NCBI GenBank assembly: GCA_036397975.1
Contig: DASWHW010000056.1
Coordinates: 766 to 64,765, forward strand
Reading direction: 5' to 3'
Length of the DNA: 64,000 nt
From: Bacteroidota bacterium
GTDB lineage: Bacteria > Bacteroidota > Ignavibacteria > UBA10030 > UBA6906
Program-made: the position numbers and the translations under genes
Notes under the pieces: generated by a model
Databases searched by the model: none
The model's input: only the letters and a program-made list of their open reading frames with translations
Told to the model about the DNA's origin: nothing
Shown: piece by piece, positions 27,440 through 37,909 of the stretch
Layout of the letters: each line of letters begins with the position of its first letter
How positions within the stretch are numbered: position 1 is the first letter of the stretch

Positions 27440-28756
27440 TTGGGTCAGAAACAAGCCTCGTTTTTTTTCCTCATTGCAGACACCTCTTGGGTCAGAAAGG
27501 ATCTCTTCACGAGACAAGCAATATTTTTCATCATTGGAGTGCTCCAATTGTTCGCGATTGGACAACCATCTGTCGCCGGTGATGATCAAATAAAGACGAA
27601 TCAGGAATCGAGCCTTAAGTTCAGTGGATATTTTCAGCCGCAGTTTCGTGTTCGCAGAGATGATAGCCTTGCCGCAACTGAAGCCGGTCAGTTCTCTGGC
27701 GGTGTATTCGCAAGGAATGCGAACAACGAATTTGACATACGTCGTGGACGAGTGAAAGCGACGTACACAAAAGGACTTACACAAGCGGTCATCCAACTTG
27801 ATGCAACTCCCGGGAGTGTCATACCAGTTGACATTTATGGTGTAATCGTGGAACCATGGCTTCGATCGTTCGGACTTCAAGTTGGGTTGTTCAACCGTCC
27901 ATTTGGATATGAAGTTGAGCTTTCTTCAGGAAAGCGAGAATCTCCGGAGCGTACTCGAGCCACACAGACGCTATTTCCGGGAGAGCGCGATATCGGTGCT
28001 AAACTTTTCTATAAAGCCCCTGACAACGGGCTGCTTTCCCTTGAGATCGAACTTGGTGTCATGAATGGGACGGGACGATCGACTGAAGATTATGATAGTT
28101 TCAAAGACATTATTACTCAGGCATCTATTTCTATACCGCTGGACGATGAGAAAACGAATTTGGGAATTGGGGCATCTGGGTATTTCGGGAAAGTGGCAAG
28201 CGGAACACAAACGGTGTTTAATCCTTCGAGCGATGGATTTCTTGAGATGACCTCAGCGGATAATCTCGGCAAGGGTCTTAAGAGAACATATTATGGAGGC
28301 AATGTGCAGTTTTCGACTGAACTTCCATCGTTGGGAACGCTCTCTATTCGCGGAGAAGTAGTCGCTGGTAAGCAGCCCGGAACCAGTAGCTCCACGGTTA
28401 GCCCATCGCGTCAGCCTTCGGGTGATCTCTATCAGAGAAATCTCCTGGGTTGGTATGTGAACCTTGTTCAAAATCTCGGATCACAAAACCAAATCGTTGT
28501 CAAGTACGATGTCTATGATCCTAACACGGACGCAGGAGCTGCCGATTTTATCGCTTCCAGCAACCTCACTCCGGCAGACGTCAAATTCAGCACACTCGGT
28601 TTCGGCTTCATCCATCATTGGGATAGCCAGGTGAAGTTCGTGTTCTACTATGAAGTTATTCAAAACGAAGAACTTAGTTCAGCGTCAAGTATCACCAGGT
28701 ACACAAGCAATCTCAAAGACGATATCTTTACCCTGCGTATGCAGGTCGCTTTCTAA
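27440..28756 (+). CDS. Phosphate-selective porin (OprO/OprP-like)
   Basis: FSGYFQPQF, FDIRRGRVK, GLFNRPFGYE, RDIGA, C-terminal LRMQVAF; directly upstream of pstS; TTG start uncertain. Confidence 0.8.
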   Translation: MGQKQASFFFLIADTSWVRKDLFTRQAIFFIIGVLQLFAIGQPSVAGDDQIKTNQESSLKFSGYFQPQFRVRRDDSLAATEAGQFSGGVFARNANNEFDIRRGRVKATYTKGLTQAVIQLDATPGSVIPVDIYGVIVEPWLRSFGLQVGLFNRPFGYEVELSSGKRESPERTRATQTLFPGERDIGAKLFYKAPDNGLLSLEIELGVMNGTGRSTEDYDSFKDIITQASISIPLDDEKTNLGIGASGYFGKVASGTQTVFNPSSDGFLEMTSADNLGKGLKRTYYGGNVQFSTELPSLGTLSIRGEVVAGKQPGTSSSTVSPSRQPSGDLYQRNLLGWYVNLVQNLGSQNQIVVKYDVYDPNTDAGAADFIASSNLTPADVKFSTLGFGFIHHWDSQVKFVFYYEVIQNEELSSASSITRYTSNLKDDIFTLRMQVAF

Positions 28757-28783
28757 TCTCTACAAACACTCAAAGGAGAACCA

Positions 28784-29617
28784 ATGAAACATCTCTTTAT
28801 TTTGCCTCTCGTGGCTGCGCTTATGAACGGTCCTATGAACGCACAGGAAAGAATTACGATCAAAGGTTCCGACACGATGGTCATTCTCGCACAGCGATGG
28901 GCAGAAAAATTCATGGCCGAGAACCCGGACGTTGTTTTGCAGGTAACAGGCGGCGGATCGGGGACCGGTATCGCAGCCCTGATTAACGGAACGACTGAGA
29001 TTTGTAATTCATCCAGAAAAATTAAGGATAGCGAGCGCGCGAAGCTGACTGAGAAATACGGCTCCCGTGGAATTGAAATCAAATGTGCCCTCGATGGTAT
29101 TGCCGTCTATGTTCATATATCAAATCCGGTAAAGGAACTCACCCTCGATCAGGTGAAGAAGATGTTCACTGGAAAAATCACCAACTGGAAAGAAGTGGGT
29201 GGGCCTGATGCAAAGATCATCTTGTACAGTAGGGAGAATAACTCAGGGACATACGTGTATTTCAAAGAAGAAGTCCTGAGTGATGAAGACTTCGCGTCAT
29301 CCGCATTAAGCCTTCCGGGAACTGGTGCAGTAGTGAATGCTGTGGCGAAGGATAAGTTTGGCATTGGCTTCGGTGGGGCGGCTTATGCGGAGGGTGTGCG
29401 TGACGTCGCAGTGAAAAAAGACACGAAATCACCCGCCCTAACGCCGGACTTGAAATCAATTAAGTCGGGCGACTATCCCATTAGTCGGTTTCTTTACATG
29501 TATGTTATCAAGAAGCCGGCAGGCGCGATCAAAAAATACATTGACTGGACGTTAAGCAAAGAAGGTCAGAAGATTGTTGCAGAGGTTGGGTATTTTCCAA
29601 TCAGATCGATTGAATGA
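28784..29617 (+). CDS. pstS: Phosphate ABC transporter substrate-binding protein
   Basis: IKGSDT, GGGSGTG, SRENNSGT, YPISRFLY. Confidence 0.93.
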   Translation: MKHLFILPLVAALMNGPMNAQERITIKGSDTMVILAQRWAEKFMAENPDVVLQVTGGGSGTGIAALINGTTEICNSSRKIKDSERAKLTEKYGSRGIEIKCALDGIAVYVHISNPVKELTLDQVKKMFTGKITNWKEVGGPDAKIILYSRENNSGTYVYFKEEVLSDEDFASSALSLPGTGAVVNAVAKDKFGIGFGGAAYAEGVRDVAVKKDTKSPALTPDLKSIKSGDYPISRFLYMYVIKKPAGAIKKYIDWTLSKEGQKIVAEVGYFPIRSIE

Positions 29618-30786
29618 CCTCCCGAAAGGAAAAAGAGACAGCTTCGCACCATGGCGTTGGGGTTTCATCAAGAGAGAAGCACTCGCCAATCACTAAACGT
29701 TCAAACGGGAAGTCAACTGGCGGAACTAACAGGAATGACTCGGTAGGTTTGCAGAAAAAATTCAGGCCCGGCGACTTTGTAGCAGAAAAAATTATCAAGG
29801 CAACAGCATTCGTTTCCCTGGCGTTTATCGCACTGATTACCATTTTCGTATTTCGTGAAGCATTGCCGGTGTTCTTCATGCCGGAACAACCGGCAGGAGT
29901 GTTGGATGTACGCGTGCAGGAAGAGGAGACATATGGAGAAGAGTTTCTTGGAGAAGCGAGCCGAGACCTCGCCGCGGAAGAAACAAAGAAAGCAAAGGAA
30001 TCACCGGAAGAATCGCACGATCTCAGCCTTTCAAATTTACTGTCACTCACCTGGCAGCCTGTTTCATCCAGCCCAAAATACGGGATCATTCCCCTGGTTA
30101 TTGGTTCCTTGAAGGTGACGTTGGTCGCGATGGCAATTGCCATTCCCATTGCAATCCTTGCAGCTCTTTTCATCTCTTCCTTTGCGCCTCGCTGGGCGAA
30201 AGAAATTCTCAAGCCGTCAATTGAGATTCTGGCGGGCTTTCCTTCAGTGGTCATCGGGTTCTTTGCACTTGTCCAGCTCGCATCAATTCTTCAGAGCACG
30301 TTAGGATATCCATACCGGTTAAATGCACTTGTGGGCGGCGCCGCGATGGCACTGGCAGTAATCCCGATTATTTTCACCGTAACGGAAGATGCGCTTGCTG
30401 CTATTCCAAAGCACATGACCGAGTCAAGTCTTGCGCTTGGCGCAACGCAATGGCAAACGGCGCTCTTTGTGACGCTGCCCGCCGCAACACCCGGAGTGTT
30501 CGCAGCAATTCTCCTCGGGTTCGGTCGGGCGTTCGGAGAAACGATGATTGTCCTGATGGCAACGGGAAACGCGCCGATCGTTTCAGCCATCATCGCCGAT
30601 CCGGTGAGAACGTTATCGGCTACGATAGGAGCCGAAATGGCTGAAGTGGTAGTTGGCGATCCGCATTATCACGTCCTCTTTCTCTTGGGAGCCATCTTAT
30701 TTCTGTTTACCTTCTTGCTGAATGCTATTGCTGAAGGTTATGTGCGTGCCCGACTCCTCAAAAAATTTACCGGAGAAGGTGCATGA
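29614..30786 (+). CDS. pstC: Phosphate ABC transporter permease
   Basis: EILAGFPSVVIG, GRAFGETMIV, VRTLSATIGAEM. Confidence 0.93.
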   Translation: MTSRKEKETASHHGVGVSSREKHSPITKRSNGKSTGGTNRNDSVGLQKKFRPGDFVAEKIIKATAFVSLAFIALITIFVFREALPVFFMPEQPAGVLDVRVQEEETYGEEFLGEASRDLAAEETKKAKESPEESHDLSLSNLLSLTWQPVSSSPKYGIIPLVIGSLKVTLVAMAIAIPIAILAALFISSFAPRWAKEILKPSIEILAGFPSVVIGFFALVQLASILQSTLGYPYRLNALVGGAAMALAVIPIIFTVTEDALAAIPKHMTESSLALGATQWQTALFVTLPAATPGVFAAILLGFGRAFGETMIVLMATGNAPIVSAIIADPVRTLSATIGAEMAEVVVGDPHYHVLFLLGAILFLFTFLLNAIAEGYVRARLLKKFTGEGA

Positions 30787-31691
30787 AACCCCTGCGGTTT
30801 ACTCTGGGGAAAATGGTCGTTCCCATTTCTGCGTTCGCTTCCTTTGGCGTTATCCTCATAGTCATTATTGTTATGGGGACGATTCTTGCTGGAGGGTGGA
30901 GCACGTTGTCGTGGGAATTTCTCACCGCAACTCCCTCGGAGGGAATGACTAAGGGGGGAATTTTTCCCTCGATTGTCGGCACTGTGTTGTTGGTCTTGAC
31001 CATGTCGATCGCCGGTGTACCCATCGGGACGATCACTGCATTGTATCTCAGTGAATATTCCACGAAAGGATCGTATCTCTCACGTGGGATTCGTTTTGCC
31101 GTCAACACTCTGGCGGGCGTTCCCGCAATTGTGTTTGGTTTGTTCGGACTTGGTTTTTTCGTTCAATTCGTCGGTGGGGGACTGGATTCGATCTTTGCGG
31201 ATGGCATTCAAGTGAAATGGTCGCAGCCGAATATTCTCTGGGCCAGTCTCACGATGGCGATTCTTACTTTGCCAGTTGTCATCGTCTCTGTCGAAGAAGC
31301 CATCAAAGCCGTTCCGCAAGAGTTGCGTGCTGCGAGTCTGGCGCTTGGGGCAACGCAATGGCAGACCATATGGAAAGTTGTTCTCCCAAATTCTCTCACA
31401 GGAATTCTCACAGGAGCGATTCTCGCGGTCAGCCGGGGGGCGGGGGAGGTCGCTCCGATTCTTTTCACCGGTGCGGCATACTTTCTTCCGGAGCTACCCA
31501 GTGGACTCTCCGATCAGTTTATGGAACTGGGATACCATATTTATATCATGTCGACACAATCGACAAATGTCGAGGCGACCGAGGGCATTCAGTACGCAAC
31601 GACACTGGTGTTGCTGCTTCTGACGTTCGTTTTGAACTTCAGCGCCATCTTCGTTCGGTCCCGTCTCCGAAGTCGTGTAACGAGAGCTTAA
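30783..31691 (+). CDS. pstA: Phosphate ABC transporter permease
   Basis: [32 protein letters not shown]. Confidence 0.93.
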   Translation: MKPLRFTLGKMVVPISAFASFGVILIVIIVMGTILAGGWSTLSWEFLTATPSEGMTKGGIFPSIVGTVLLVLTMSIAGVPIGTITALYLSEYSTKGSYLSRGIRFAVNTLAGVPAIVFGLFGLGFFVQFVGGGLDSIFADGIQVKWSQPNILWASLTMAILTLPVVIVSVEEAIKAVPQELRAASLALGATQWQTIWKVVLPNSLTGILTGAILAVSRGAGEVAPILFTGAAYFLPELPSGLSDQFMELGYHIYIMSTQSTNVEATEGIQYATTLVLLLLTFVLNFSAIFVRSRLRSRVTRA

Positions 31692-32467
31692 TGATGACAC
31701 TTACCGTAAAAATGACTACAAAGGTAGCGACGCATGGTCTTAATCTTTTCTACGGTGAAAAACAGGCCCTTCATTCCATTTCGCTTGACATACCCGCGCA
31801 CAGGGTCACCGCGTTCATTGGACCTTCTGGATGCGGCAAATCGACCTTTTTACGATCATTGAATAGGATGAATGATTTGATCCAAAACGTTCGTACGGAG
31901 GGACAGGTATTGCTGGACGGAATGAATATCTACGCGGACGATATCGATGTTGTCGAGCTCAGGAAACGGGTTGGCATGATTTTTCAAAAATCCAACCCAT
32001 TTCCGAAATCCATTTATGAAAATGTCGCATATGGACCGAAGATCAATGGCATGCAGAACCGTGCCGCTCTCGACGAAATCGTTGAGACCAGTCTGCGTCG
32101 TGCAGCACTTTGGGATGAAGTGAAAGATGAGTTGAAAAAGAGCGCCCTTTCTCTCTCTGGAGGCCAGCAGCAAAGGCTCTGTATTGCACGCGCTCTCGCC
32201 GTTAATCCCGATGTCCTCTTAATGGATGAGCCAGCCAGTGCTTTGGATCCGATTGCGACGGGAAAAATCGAAGAGCTTATCTTTGAACTGAAGGACAAGT
32301 ACACTATTGTAATTGTCACACACAATATGCAGCAAGCTGCCCGAGTTAGCGATTTAACTGCGTTTTTCTATTTGGGGGAATTGATCGAGTTTGGGAAAAC
32401 GAAATCGTTGTTTACGACGCCTGAGAAAAAGCAAACAGAAGACTATATCACAGGGAGATTCGGTTAA
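31691..32467 (+). CDS. pstB: Phosphate ABC transporter ATPase
   Basis: [40 protein letters not shown]; start at 31691 or 31712. Confidence 0.96.
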   Translation: MMTLTVKMTTKVATHGLNLFYGEKQALHSISLDIPAHRVTAFIGPSGCGKSTFLRSLNRMNDLIQNVRTEGQVLLDGMNIYADDIDVVELRKRVGMIFQKSNPFPKSIYENVAYGPKINGMQNRAALDEIVETSLRRAALWDEVKDELKKSALSLSGGQQQRLCIARALAVNPDVLLMDEPASALDPIATGKIEELIFELKDKYTIVIVTHNMQQAARVSDLTAFFYLGELIEFGKTKSLFTTPEKKQTEDYITGRFG

Positions 32468-32469
32468 CT

Positions 32470-33141
32470 ATGCAACGCCATTTTGAACAAGAAATAGAAA
32501 AGCTCAAGACCCTCCTCATCAAGATGTCTAGCCTTGCGGAGGATGCAATTGCAAAGTCGATCCGGGCAATGCTTGAAAAGCAACCAAGCATCGCGCAACA
32601 AGTCGTTGACCAGGATACTGCGATCAATTTAATGGAAGTAGAAATTGACCAGGCGGTTGTCGACCTCCTTGCCCTGCAGCAACCAGTTGCAACGGATCTC
32701 AGGTTTATTCTCGCCGCGTCGAAGATCAATAATGATCTTGAGCGCATTGGTGACCATGCCGTCAACATCGCTGAATCGGCGAGAAAGTTTTCCGAAATAT
32801 CAACGATTGAACCGGTGGTGGATATTCCTCAAATGTCTCAGATTACCAAAGCAATGCTTCGCGATTCAATCGACGGATTCATCCACTCGAACACTGCTCT
32901 GTGTCTTGCAGTATTGAAGAACGATGACCTGATTGACGAACTCAACAAGAAGGTTGTGAACGAACTTGTCGAAGCGATTCGCAAAAATCCCAAGATGGTC
33001 GAAGAGGCATTGGAGATCATTCGCGTGAGTCGCAATCTTGAGCGCGTTGCCGATCTGGCAACGAACATTGCGGAAGAAGTCATTTTCATTCGCGAAGCAC
33101 GGGTTGTCAAACATCATCTCGAAGACCCGAAGAAAAAGTAA
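32470..33141 (+). CDS. phoU: Phosphate signalling complex protein PhoU
   Basis: QQPVATDLR, DLERIGDHAVNIAE, NLERVADLATNIAE. Confidence 0.96.
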   Translation: MQRHFEQEIEKLKTLLIKMSSLAEDAIAKSIRAMLEKQPSIAQQVVDQDTAINLMEVEIDQAVVDLLALQQPVATDLRFILAASKINNDLERIGDHAVNIAESARKFSEISTIEPVVDIPQMSQITKAMLRDSIDGFIHSNTALCLAVLKNDDLIDELNKKVVNELVEAIRKNPKMVEEALEIIRVSRNLERVADLATNIAEEVIFIREARVVKHHLEDPKKK

Positions 33142-33243
33142 CACATCGCGACTGCATTCAGTCGTTGCATACCAACCTCAAAAAGACTATCTTCTCAACA
33201 ATCCAGGCGTTTCACGCCGTTTCACGGCCAGTCGAACCTCCTA

Positions 33244-33732
33244 TTGCTATCCGATCACATAGAGTTTGTTCTTTGGGCAACAAGAAGCGTCCATCTCTTT
33301 GCGGTGGTCGTGTGGTTCGGAGGTTTGATGTACCAGGCGGCAGTAACACTGCCCGTCACACAAGAAGGTGACGGAACAATTTCTCCGGTATTGAGGAACA
33401 TTCTTCGCCGGTTCCTTCCCTTCATATGGATGAGCGTGTGGACGATTTTGGTGACCGGCATCGGACTTCTTCTGTTCGATCCACGATATGTTTTTTTTCG
33501 ATTTGAATCGGAATGGTCAGTGCTTCTGGCGATCAAGCAAATTCTGTTTCTGTCGATGATTTTCTTTTCCTATGGATACTCTCGCATGTTCAAGCGTCTG
33601 GATGCAGCATTAGACGGAGAATCTGATCACCCGGATGATGCAAGGATGCTCTTTCTCCGCATGAATCAATTCGGGCGCATCAATGTTGGACTCGCTATCC
33701 TCGTGATGCTTGTTGCTGCTGGAATTCGATAA
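33244..33732 (+). CDS. Small membrane protein (CopD/DUF4149-like)
   Basis: VHLFAVVVWFGGLMY N-terminal helix, four TM segments. Confidence 0.7.
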   Translation: MLSDHIEFVLWATRSVHLFAVVVWFGGLMYQAAVTLPVTQEGDGTISPVLRNILRRFLPFIWMSVWTILVTGIGLLLFDPRYVFFRFESEWSVLLAIKQILFLSMIFFSYGYSRMFKRLDAALDGESDHPDDARMLFLRMNQFGRINVGLAILVMLVAAGIR

Positions 33733-33741
33733 AGGAGTCTC

Positions 33742-34524
33742 GTGGGTAAAGTAATTGCAATTGCTAATCAAAAGGGTGGGGTTGGGAAAACGACTACCGC
33801 TGTTAATCTCGCGGCATGTATTGCGGCGGCGGAGAAAAAGACTCTCCTCGTCGACACTGATCCACAGGCAAACGCGACGAGCGGCGTTGGCGTAGACAAA
33901 ACACACGAGGGACGCAGCACGTACGAAATGCTGCTCGGAGAAGTCGGTGCCCGCCAGGCAATTCATCAGACAGCAATGCCATTTCTCGAAGTTCTTCCTT
34001 CCCACATCAACCTGGTGGGTGCAGAAGTTGAACTTGTGCAGTTGGATGAACGGGAGACCCGCATGAAATCCGCACTTGCGGAAATTCGTGAGGAGTACGA
34101 GTTCATCATCATCGATTGCCCGCCTTCCCTCGGTCTCCTGACACTGAATGCTCTCGCTGCCGCGGACTCAGTGTTGATTCCGGTGCAATGCGAGTATTAT
34201 GCGCTCGAGGGATTGGGTCAGCTCCTGAACACGATCAATATGGTCAAACGCCAGTTAAATGAGTCGCTTGACATCGAAGGGGTGCTGTTGACAATGTATG
34301 ACAGCCGTCTGCGCCTTTCGAACCAGATTATTGATGAAGTGAAAAAGTATTTCGGGGAGAAGGTGATGAAATGTGTTGTCACGCGAAACGTTCGCTTGAG
34401 TGAAGCCCCGAGCTTTGGCAAACCCATTATTTTGTACGACGCAACTTCCTCAGGGACGAGGAACTACATGGAGCTTGCACAGGAAGTACTGGTGAACAAC
34501 CACCATCAGGTGATCACGGTATAA
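33742..34524 (+). CDS. parA: Chromosome partitioning ATPase ParA/Soj
   Basis: [34 protein letters not shown]. Confidence 0.95.
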   Translation: MGKVIAIANQKGGVGKTTTAVNLAACIAAAEKKTLLVDTDPQANATSGVGVDKTHEGRSTYEMLLGEVGARQAIHQTAMPFLEVLPSHINLVGAEVELVQLDERETRMKSALAEIREEYEFIIIDCPPSLGLLTLNALAAADSVLIPVQCEYYALEGLGQLLNTINMVKRQLNESLDIEGVLLTMYDSRLRLSNQIIDEVKKYFGEKVMKCVVTRNVRLSEAPSFGKPIILYDATSSGTRNYMELAQEVLVNNHHQVITV

Positions 34525-34550
34525 CATTGTTCACAAATCAGGGAAGAACT

Positions 34551-35465
34551 ATGTCAAAAGGAAAACAAGTTCTTGGCAGGGGATTGGCGTCATTGATACC
34601 CCGGCCAATACAACCAATCCAGGCGCCCTCCCCCACGCGTCAGGATGACGGAGTAACAGACCAAATCATTGCCGGCATCGACATCAACAAGATACATATG
34701 AACCCCTACCAGCCGCGGGCCGATTTCGATCCCGTTGCCCTTGATGAGCTCCGGCGCTCAATTCAGGAGAAAGGTATCATCCAGCCGATTACCGTTGGTC
34801 GCACAGAGGATGGGTATCAACTGATTTCCGGCGAGCGCCGCGTGCGGGCCGCGCGCGAAGCAGGACTCGCACAAATTCCCGCCTACATTATTCGCATTGC
34901 ATCGAATGAAGAGATGCTGGAGCTTGCCCTGATCGAAAACCTCCAGCGCGAGCACCTCAACCCGATTGAGATAGCGATTTCCTACAAGCGACTCCTTGAG
35001 GAATGCAGCCTCACCCAGGAACAGGTCTCGGACCGCATTGGCAAAGATCGTTCTACCGTGACGAACTCCCTGAGGTTGTTGCGTCTCCCGGAGGCAATTC
35101 AGATGTCGCTCCGCAAGGGTGAGCTGAGTGCAGGGCACGCACGCGCGCTCTTGAGTATTGAGGACAGCAAAGTACAGAATCAGATTTTTGCAAAGGTTCG
35201 TGAGAAGGGAATTTCCGTCCGTGAGGTAGAGCGACTTGCGCGTGAATCGGGGAAAGGGAAGAAAAAAGCTCTCCGTCTGCAGGCTTCCCTAGGGTACCAC
35301 GATAGCGCAATGAGCGCCATTGAAGAAAGGCTCCGCCAACGGCTCGGAACAAAAGTCCAACTGAAGCAAATGACCGACGGAAAGGGTGAGATCATCGTCG
35401 AGTATTATTCGGGCGACGACCTTGAACGAATTCTCGATCTTCTCACCGCGGACGTTGTTCATTAA
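34551..35465 (+). CDS. parB: Chromosome partitioning protein ParB/Spo0J
   Basis: [39 protein letters not shown]. Confidence 0.95.
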   Translation: MSKGKQVLGRGLASLIPRPIQPIQAPSPTRQDDGVTDQIIAGIDINKIHMNPYQPRADFDPVALDELRRSIQEKGIIQPITVGRTEDGYQLISGERRVRAAREAGLAQIPAYIIRIASNEEMLELALIENLQREHLNPIEIAISYKRLLEECSLTQEQVSDRIGKDRSTVTNSLRLLRLPEAIQMSLRKGELSAGHARALLSIEDSKVQNQIFAKVREKGISVREVERLARESGKGKKKALRLQASLGYHDSAMSAIEERLRQRLGTKVQLKQMTDGKGEIIVEYYSGDDLERILDLLTADVVH

Positions 35466-35478
35466 CGCGGTCGAGCCT

Positions 35479-35865
35479 ATGACACGCACTATTGTTACCA
35501 CGAAGAACGCGCCTTCCGCGATTGGACCGTACAGCCAGGGAGTGATCGCAGGGAACCTCGTTTTTACAGCCGGCCAAATTGCTCTGAACCCCTCAACCGG
35601 CGAACCTGTCGGGAAAGACATCAAAGAGCAGACGAAACAAGTTCTGGAGAACCTGAAGGCAATTCTCGAAGCGGCTGGATCGAACCTCAGCAACGTCATC
35701 AAGACGACAGTTTACCTGAAGGACATGAATGAGTTTGCTGCAATGAATGAAGTGTACGCCGAATTTTTTTCGGCGAACCCGCCGGTACGTTCCACCGTCG
35801 AGGTCGCCCGCCTTCCTAAAGACGTGCGTGTTGAAATCGAAGCAGTTGGTGTGGTTGCCACGTGA
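35479..35865 (+). CDS. ridA: RidA/YjgF enamine-imine deaminase
   Basis: [33 protein letters not shown]. Confidence 0.9.
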   Translation: MTRTIVTTKNAPSAIGPYSQGVIAGNLVFTAGQIALNPSTGEPVGKDIKEQTKQVLENLKAILEAAGSNLSNVIKTTVYLKDMNEFAAMNEVYAEFFSANPPVRSTVEVARLPKDVRVEIEAVGVVAT

Positions 35866-36434
35866 ATTTGGCCTCGACAGTGGTCAGGATTTCTGGATTT
35901 CTTCTCTTCTCTCTACTGTCGCAAACCGTCCTCTTCGCTCAATCGTCAGCCGATTCTCTTTTCGAACAGAAGAGCAGCGCTCCGTCTCCGGACAGCACGT
36001 CCATAACGCCGGCAACGAAATCGACAGCCGTTGCACTCATCCTCTCTGCCGTCTTACCGGGAGCTGGTCAGGCGTATACAGAATCGTACTGGAAGGTTCC
36101 AGTGTTTCTTGGCCTGGGGACTTACTTCGTCGCGCAATGGATCAGTAACAACAATCGAGCGAAGGACTATCGCCTTCTATACGAACAGAGTGTCACCGCA
36201 GAAAATCCCGGCGGAAACTCGACATATCTGTCCGCTCGCGATTTTTACAAGCGAGAGCGGGATACATTCACGTGGTATTTCTTTATCATGTACCTTGCCA
36301 ACCTTGCGGATGCCTACGTTGACGCGGCTCTGTACGATTTTAATGTGAGCGAGGATTTGACGATCCGAGTTATTCCCGAAGGAAGCTTTCTTCCAACGGC
36401 AAGCGCTGCACTGAGGCTTCAAATTCGTTTCTAA
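35862..36434 (+). CDS. Conserved exported/membrane protein (DUF5683-like)
   Basis: Signal peptide; [29 protein letters not shown]. Confidence 0.75.
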   Translation: MNLASTVVRISGFLLFSLLSQTVLFAQSSADSLFEQKSSAPSPDSTSITPATKSTAVALILSAVLPGAGQAYTESYWKVPVFLGLGTYFVAQWISNNNRAKDYRLLYEQSVTAENPGGNSTYLSARDFYKRERDTFTWYFFIMYLANLADAYVDAALYDFNVSEDLTIRVIPEGSFLPTASAALRLQIRF

Positions 36435-36479
36435 CTCATCCACTTCTCGTAAGTGGCATTCACTAGCAACCACCCTCTT

Positions 36480-37124
36480 ATGCTCAATTACATATGGCTT
36501 GCGTTGATTGTCATTGGAATCGGCGTGGCACTTGGCCACGACCTGACGCATGACCCGGGACCCGGTGCGTCTGAACGATATCCAGCACTCAACAAAGTTA
36601 CAAATGAAGGAATCATAGGCTCCGCAAAAACGGCGGTGACTCTTGCGATCGGCCTCATTGGCATTATGGCGTTGTGGCTGGGGGTGATGAAGGTCGCAGA
36701 GCAGGCTGGTCTCATAGCGCTTCTTGCGAAGGCGCTTCGTCCGATTACCACGCGCCTGTTTCCTGATGTTCCCGCCGATCATCCGGCGATGGGGGCGATG
36801 ATTATGAACATCTCCGCAAACATGCTTGGACTTTCAAACGCTGCGACGCCGTTCGGCTTGAAAGCGATGGAAGAATTGAATACACTCAACAAGAAAGCAG
36901 GGACCGCAACGAATGCGATGTGCACCTTTCTCGTGATCAATACGAGTAATGTGCAGCTTATTCCGGCAACAGTCATTGCTATCAGAGCTGCTTCCGGTTC
37001 TACGAACCCGACAGAGATCATCGGTCCCGTCATTCTTGCTACTGCATTTTCAACAATTGTCGGAGTGATTGTCGTAAAGGCTCTTGCCAAGCTTCCTGTG
37101 TATAAGAAACAGTTGGAGGCATGA
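36480..37124 (+). CDS. spmA: Nucleoside-recognition (Gate) membrane protein, SpmA family
   Basis: MLNYIW, WLGVMKVAE, ANMLGLSNAATPFGLKAM, INTSNVQL. Confidence 0.88.
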   Translation: MLNYIWLALIVIGIGVALGHDLTHDPGPGASERYPALNKVTNEGIIGSAKTAVTLAIGLIGIMALWLGVMKVAEQAGLIALLAKALRPITTRLFPDVPADHPAMGAMIMNISANMLGLSNAATPFGLKAMEELNTLNKKAGTATNAMCTFLVINTSNVQLIPATVIAIRAASGSTNPTEIIGPVILATAFSTIVGVIVVKALAKLPVYKKQLEA

Positions 37125-37666
37125 TGGACACAATCATTACTCTCATTGAAGTCGTTTCCGTCGTTGCCATTCCGGGGCTTGTCCTGTTTGTGGTTGTCTA
37201 CGGGGCGGTGAAGAATGTGAAGATCTATGAAGCATTTGTGGAAGGTGCGAAAGAGGGATTCAACGTTGGTGTTAGGATCATTCCATACCTCGTTGCGATG
37301 TTGGTCGCAATTGGCATTTTCCGTGCCGGCGGTGCAATGGAATTGCTTGGTATCGCTATTTCGCCCATTACGTCATTGATCGGGATGCCGGCGGAAACTC
37401 TTCCGATGGCGTTGATGCGTCCTCTTTCGGGAAGCGGTGCCTTGGGCGTGATGTCGGAAATAATCAAAGTTCATGGCGCGGACTCTCTTATTGGTCGCAT
37501 GGTATCGGTGATGATGGGAAGCGGTGAGACGACGTTCTATGTCATCGCCGTCTATTTCGGGTCTGTCTCAATAAGCAAAACACGACATGCGGTCCCGGCT
37601 GGACTTGTTGCAGATTTCGCCAGCGTCGTGGTGTCGGTGTGGCTTGTGAATGCGATCTTCGGATGA
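37121..37666 (+). CDS. spmB: SpmB family membrane protein
   Basis: FVEGAKEGF, MRPLSGSGA, ETTFYVIAVYFG. Confidence 0.88.
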   Translation: MMDTIITLIEVVSVVAIPGLVLFVVVYGAVKNVKIYEAFVEGAKEGFNVGVRIIPYLVAMLVAIGIFRAGGAMELLGIAISPITSLIGMPAETLPMALMRPLSGSGALGVMSEIIKVHGADSLIGRMVSVMMGSGETTFYVIAVYFGSVSISKTRHAVPAGLVADFASVVVSVWLVNAIFG

Positions 37667-37683
37667 TGCCCGAGGGTTTTGCC

Positions 37684-37714
37684 TTGATTTTCAGATGAGT
37701 GATTTCTATATTTG
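37684..37714 (+). promoter_or_regulatory. Promoter in front of the structured RNA
   Basis: TTGATT-17 bp-TATATTTG. Confidence 0.7.
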
Positions 37715-37717
37715 CGC

Positions 37718-37893
37718 GTGTTGCTTAGGAACAACCATTTGTTCTATGCAATCTTTCCCGAACAACCCGCAGGCTTATTCTTCATTGGTCCAATTGCGTA
37801 GAAACATGGGGCAACCAAATAAGGATTCCGGCCTCTCGCAATCCTCACGACCTGCTGAAAGCCATCGGTGCAATCAGAACGTAGCAACGGCGC
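37718..37893 (+). ncRNA. Candidate structured ncRNA (6S-RNA-like rod) or cis-regulatory leader
   Basis: Eight nested complementary segments found by eye: GTTGCT/AGCAAC, GTTCT/AGAAC, TGCA/TGCA, CCGA/TCGG, GCAGG/CCTGC, CTTAT/ATAAG, TTGGT/ACCAA, CCA/TGG; begins right after a promoter; ~175 nt. Confidence 0.55.
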
Positions 37894-37909
37894 ACTCTTT
37901 TCCCAAATT

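Noticed and set aside
27439-27498. 13-bp direct repeat CTTGGGTCAGAAA at the porin 5' end
   Set aside because: Only two copies, inside an uncertain N-terminal coding stretch; no function can be supported
31217-31690. N-terminal extension of the 416-aa ORF containing pstB
   Set aside because: It overlaps pstA in another frame and has no protein-like features; PstB starts at 31691 or 31712
33208-33226. CGTTTCACG repeated twice about 500 bp upstream of parA, resembling parS half-sites
   Set aside because: parS is a palindrome (TGTTNCACGTGAAACA). These are direct repeats, and I found no full parS in the window
36480-37666. spmA/spmB spore-maturation genes suggesting sporulation
   Set aside because: The family is widespread in non-sporulating bacteria as Gate-domain membrane proteins; no other sporulation genes are present
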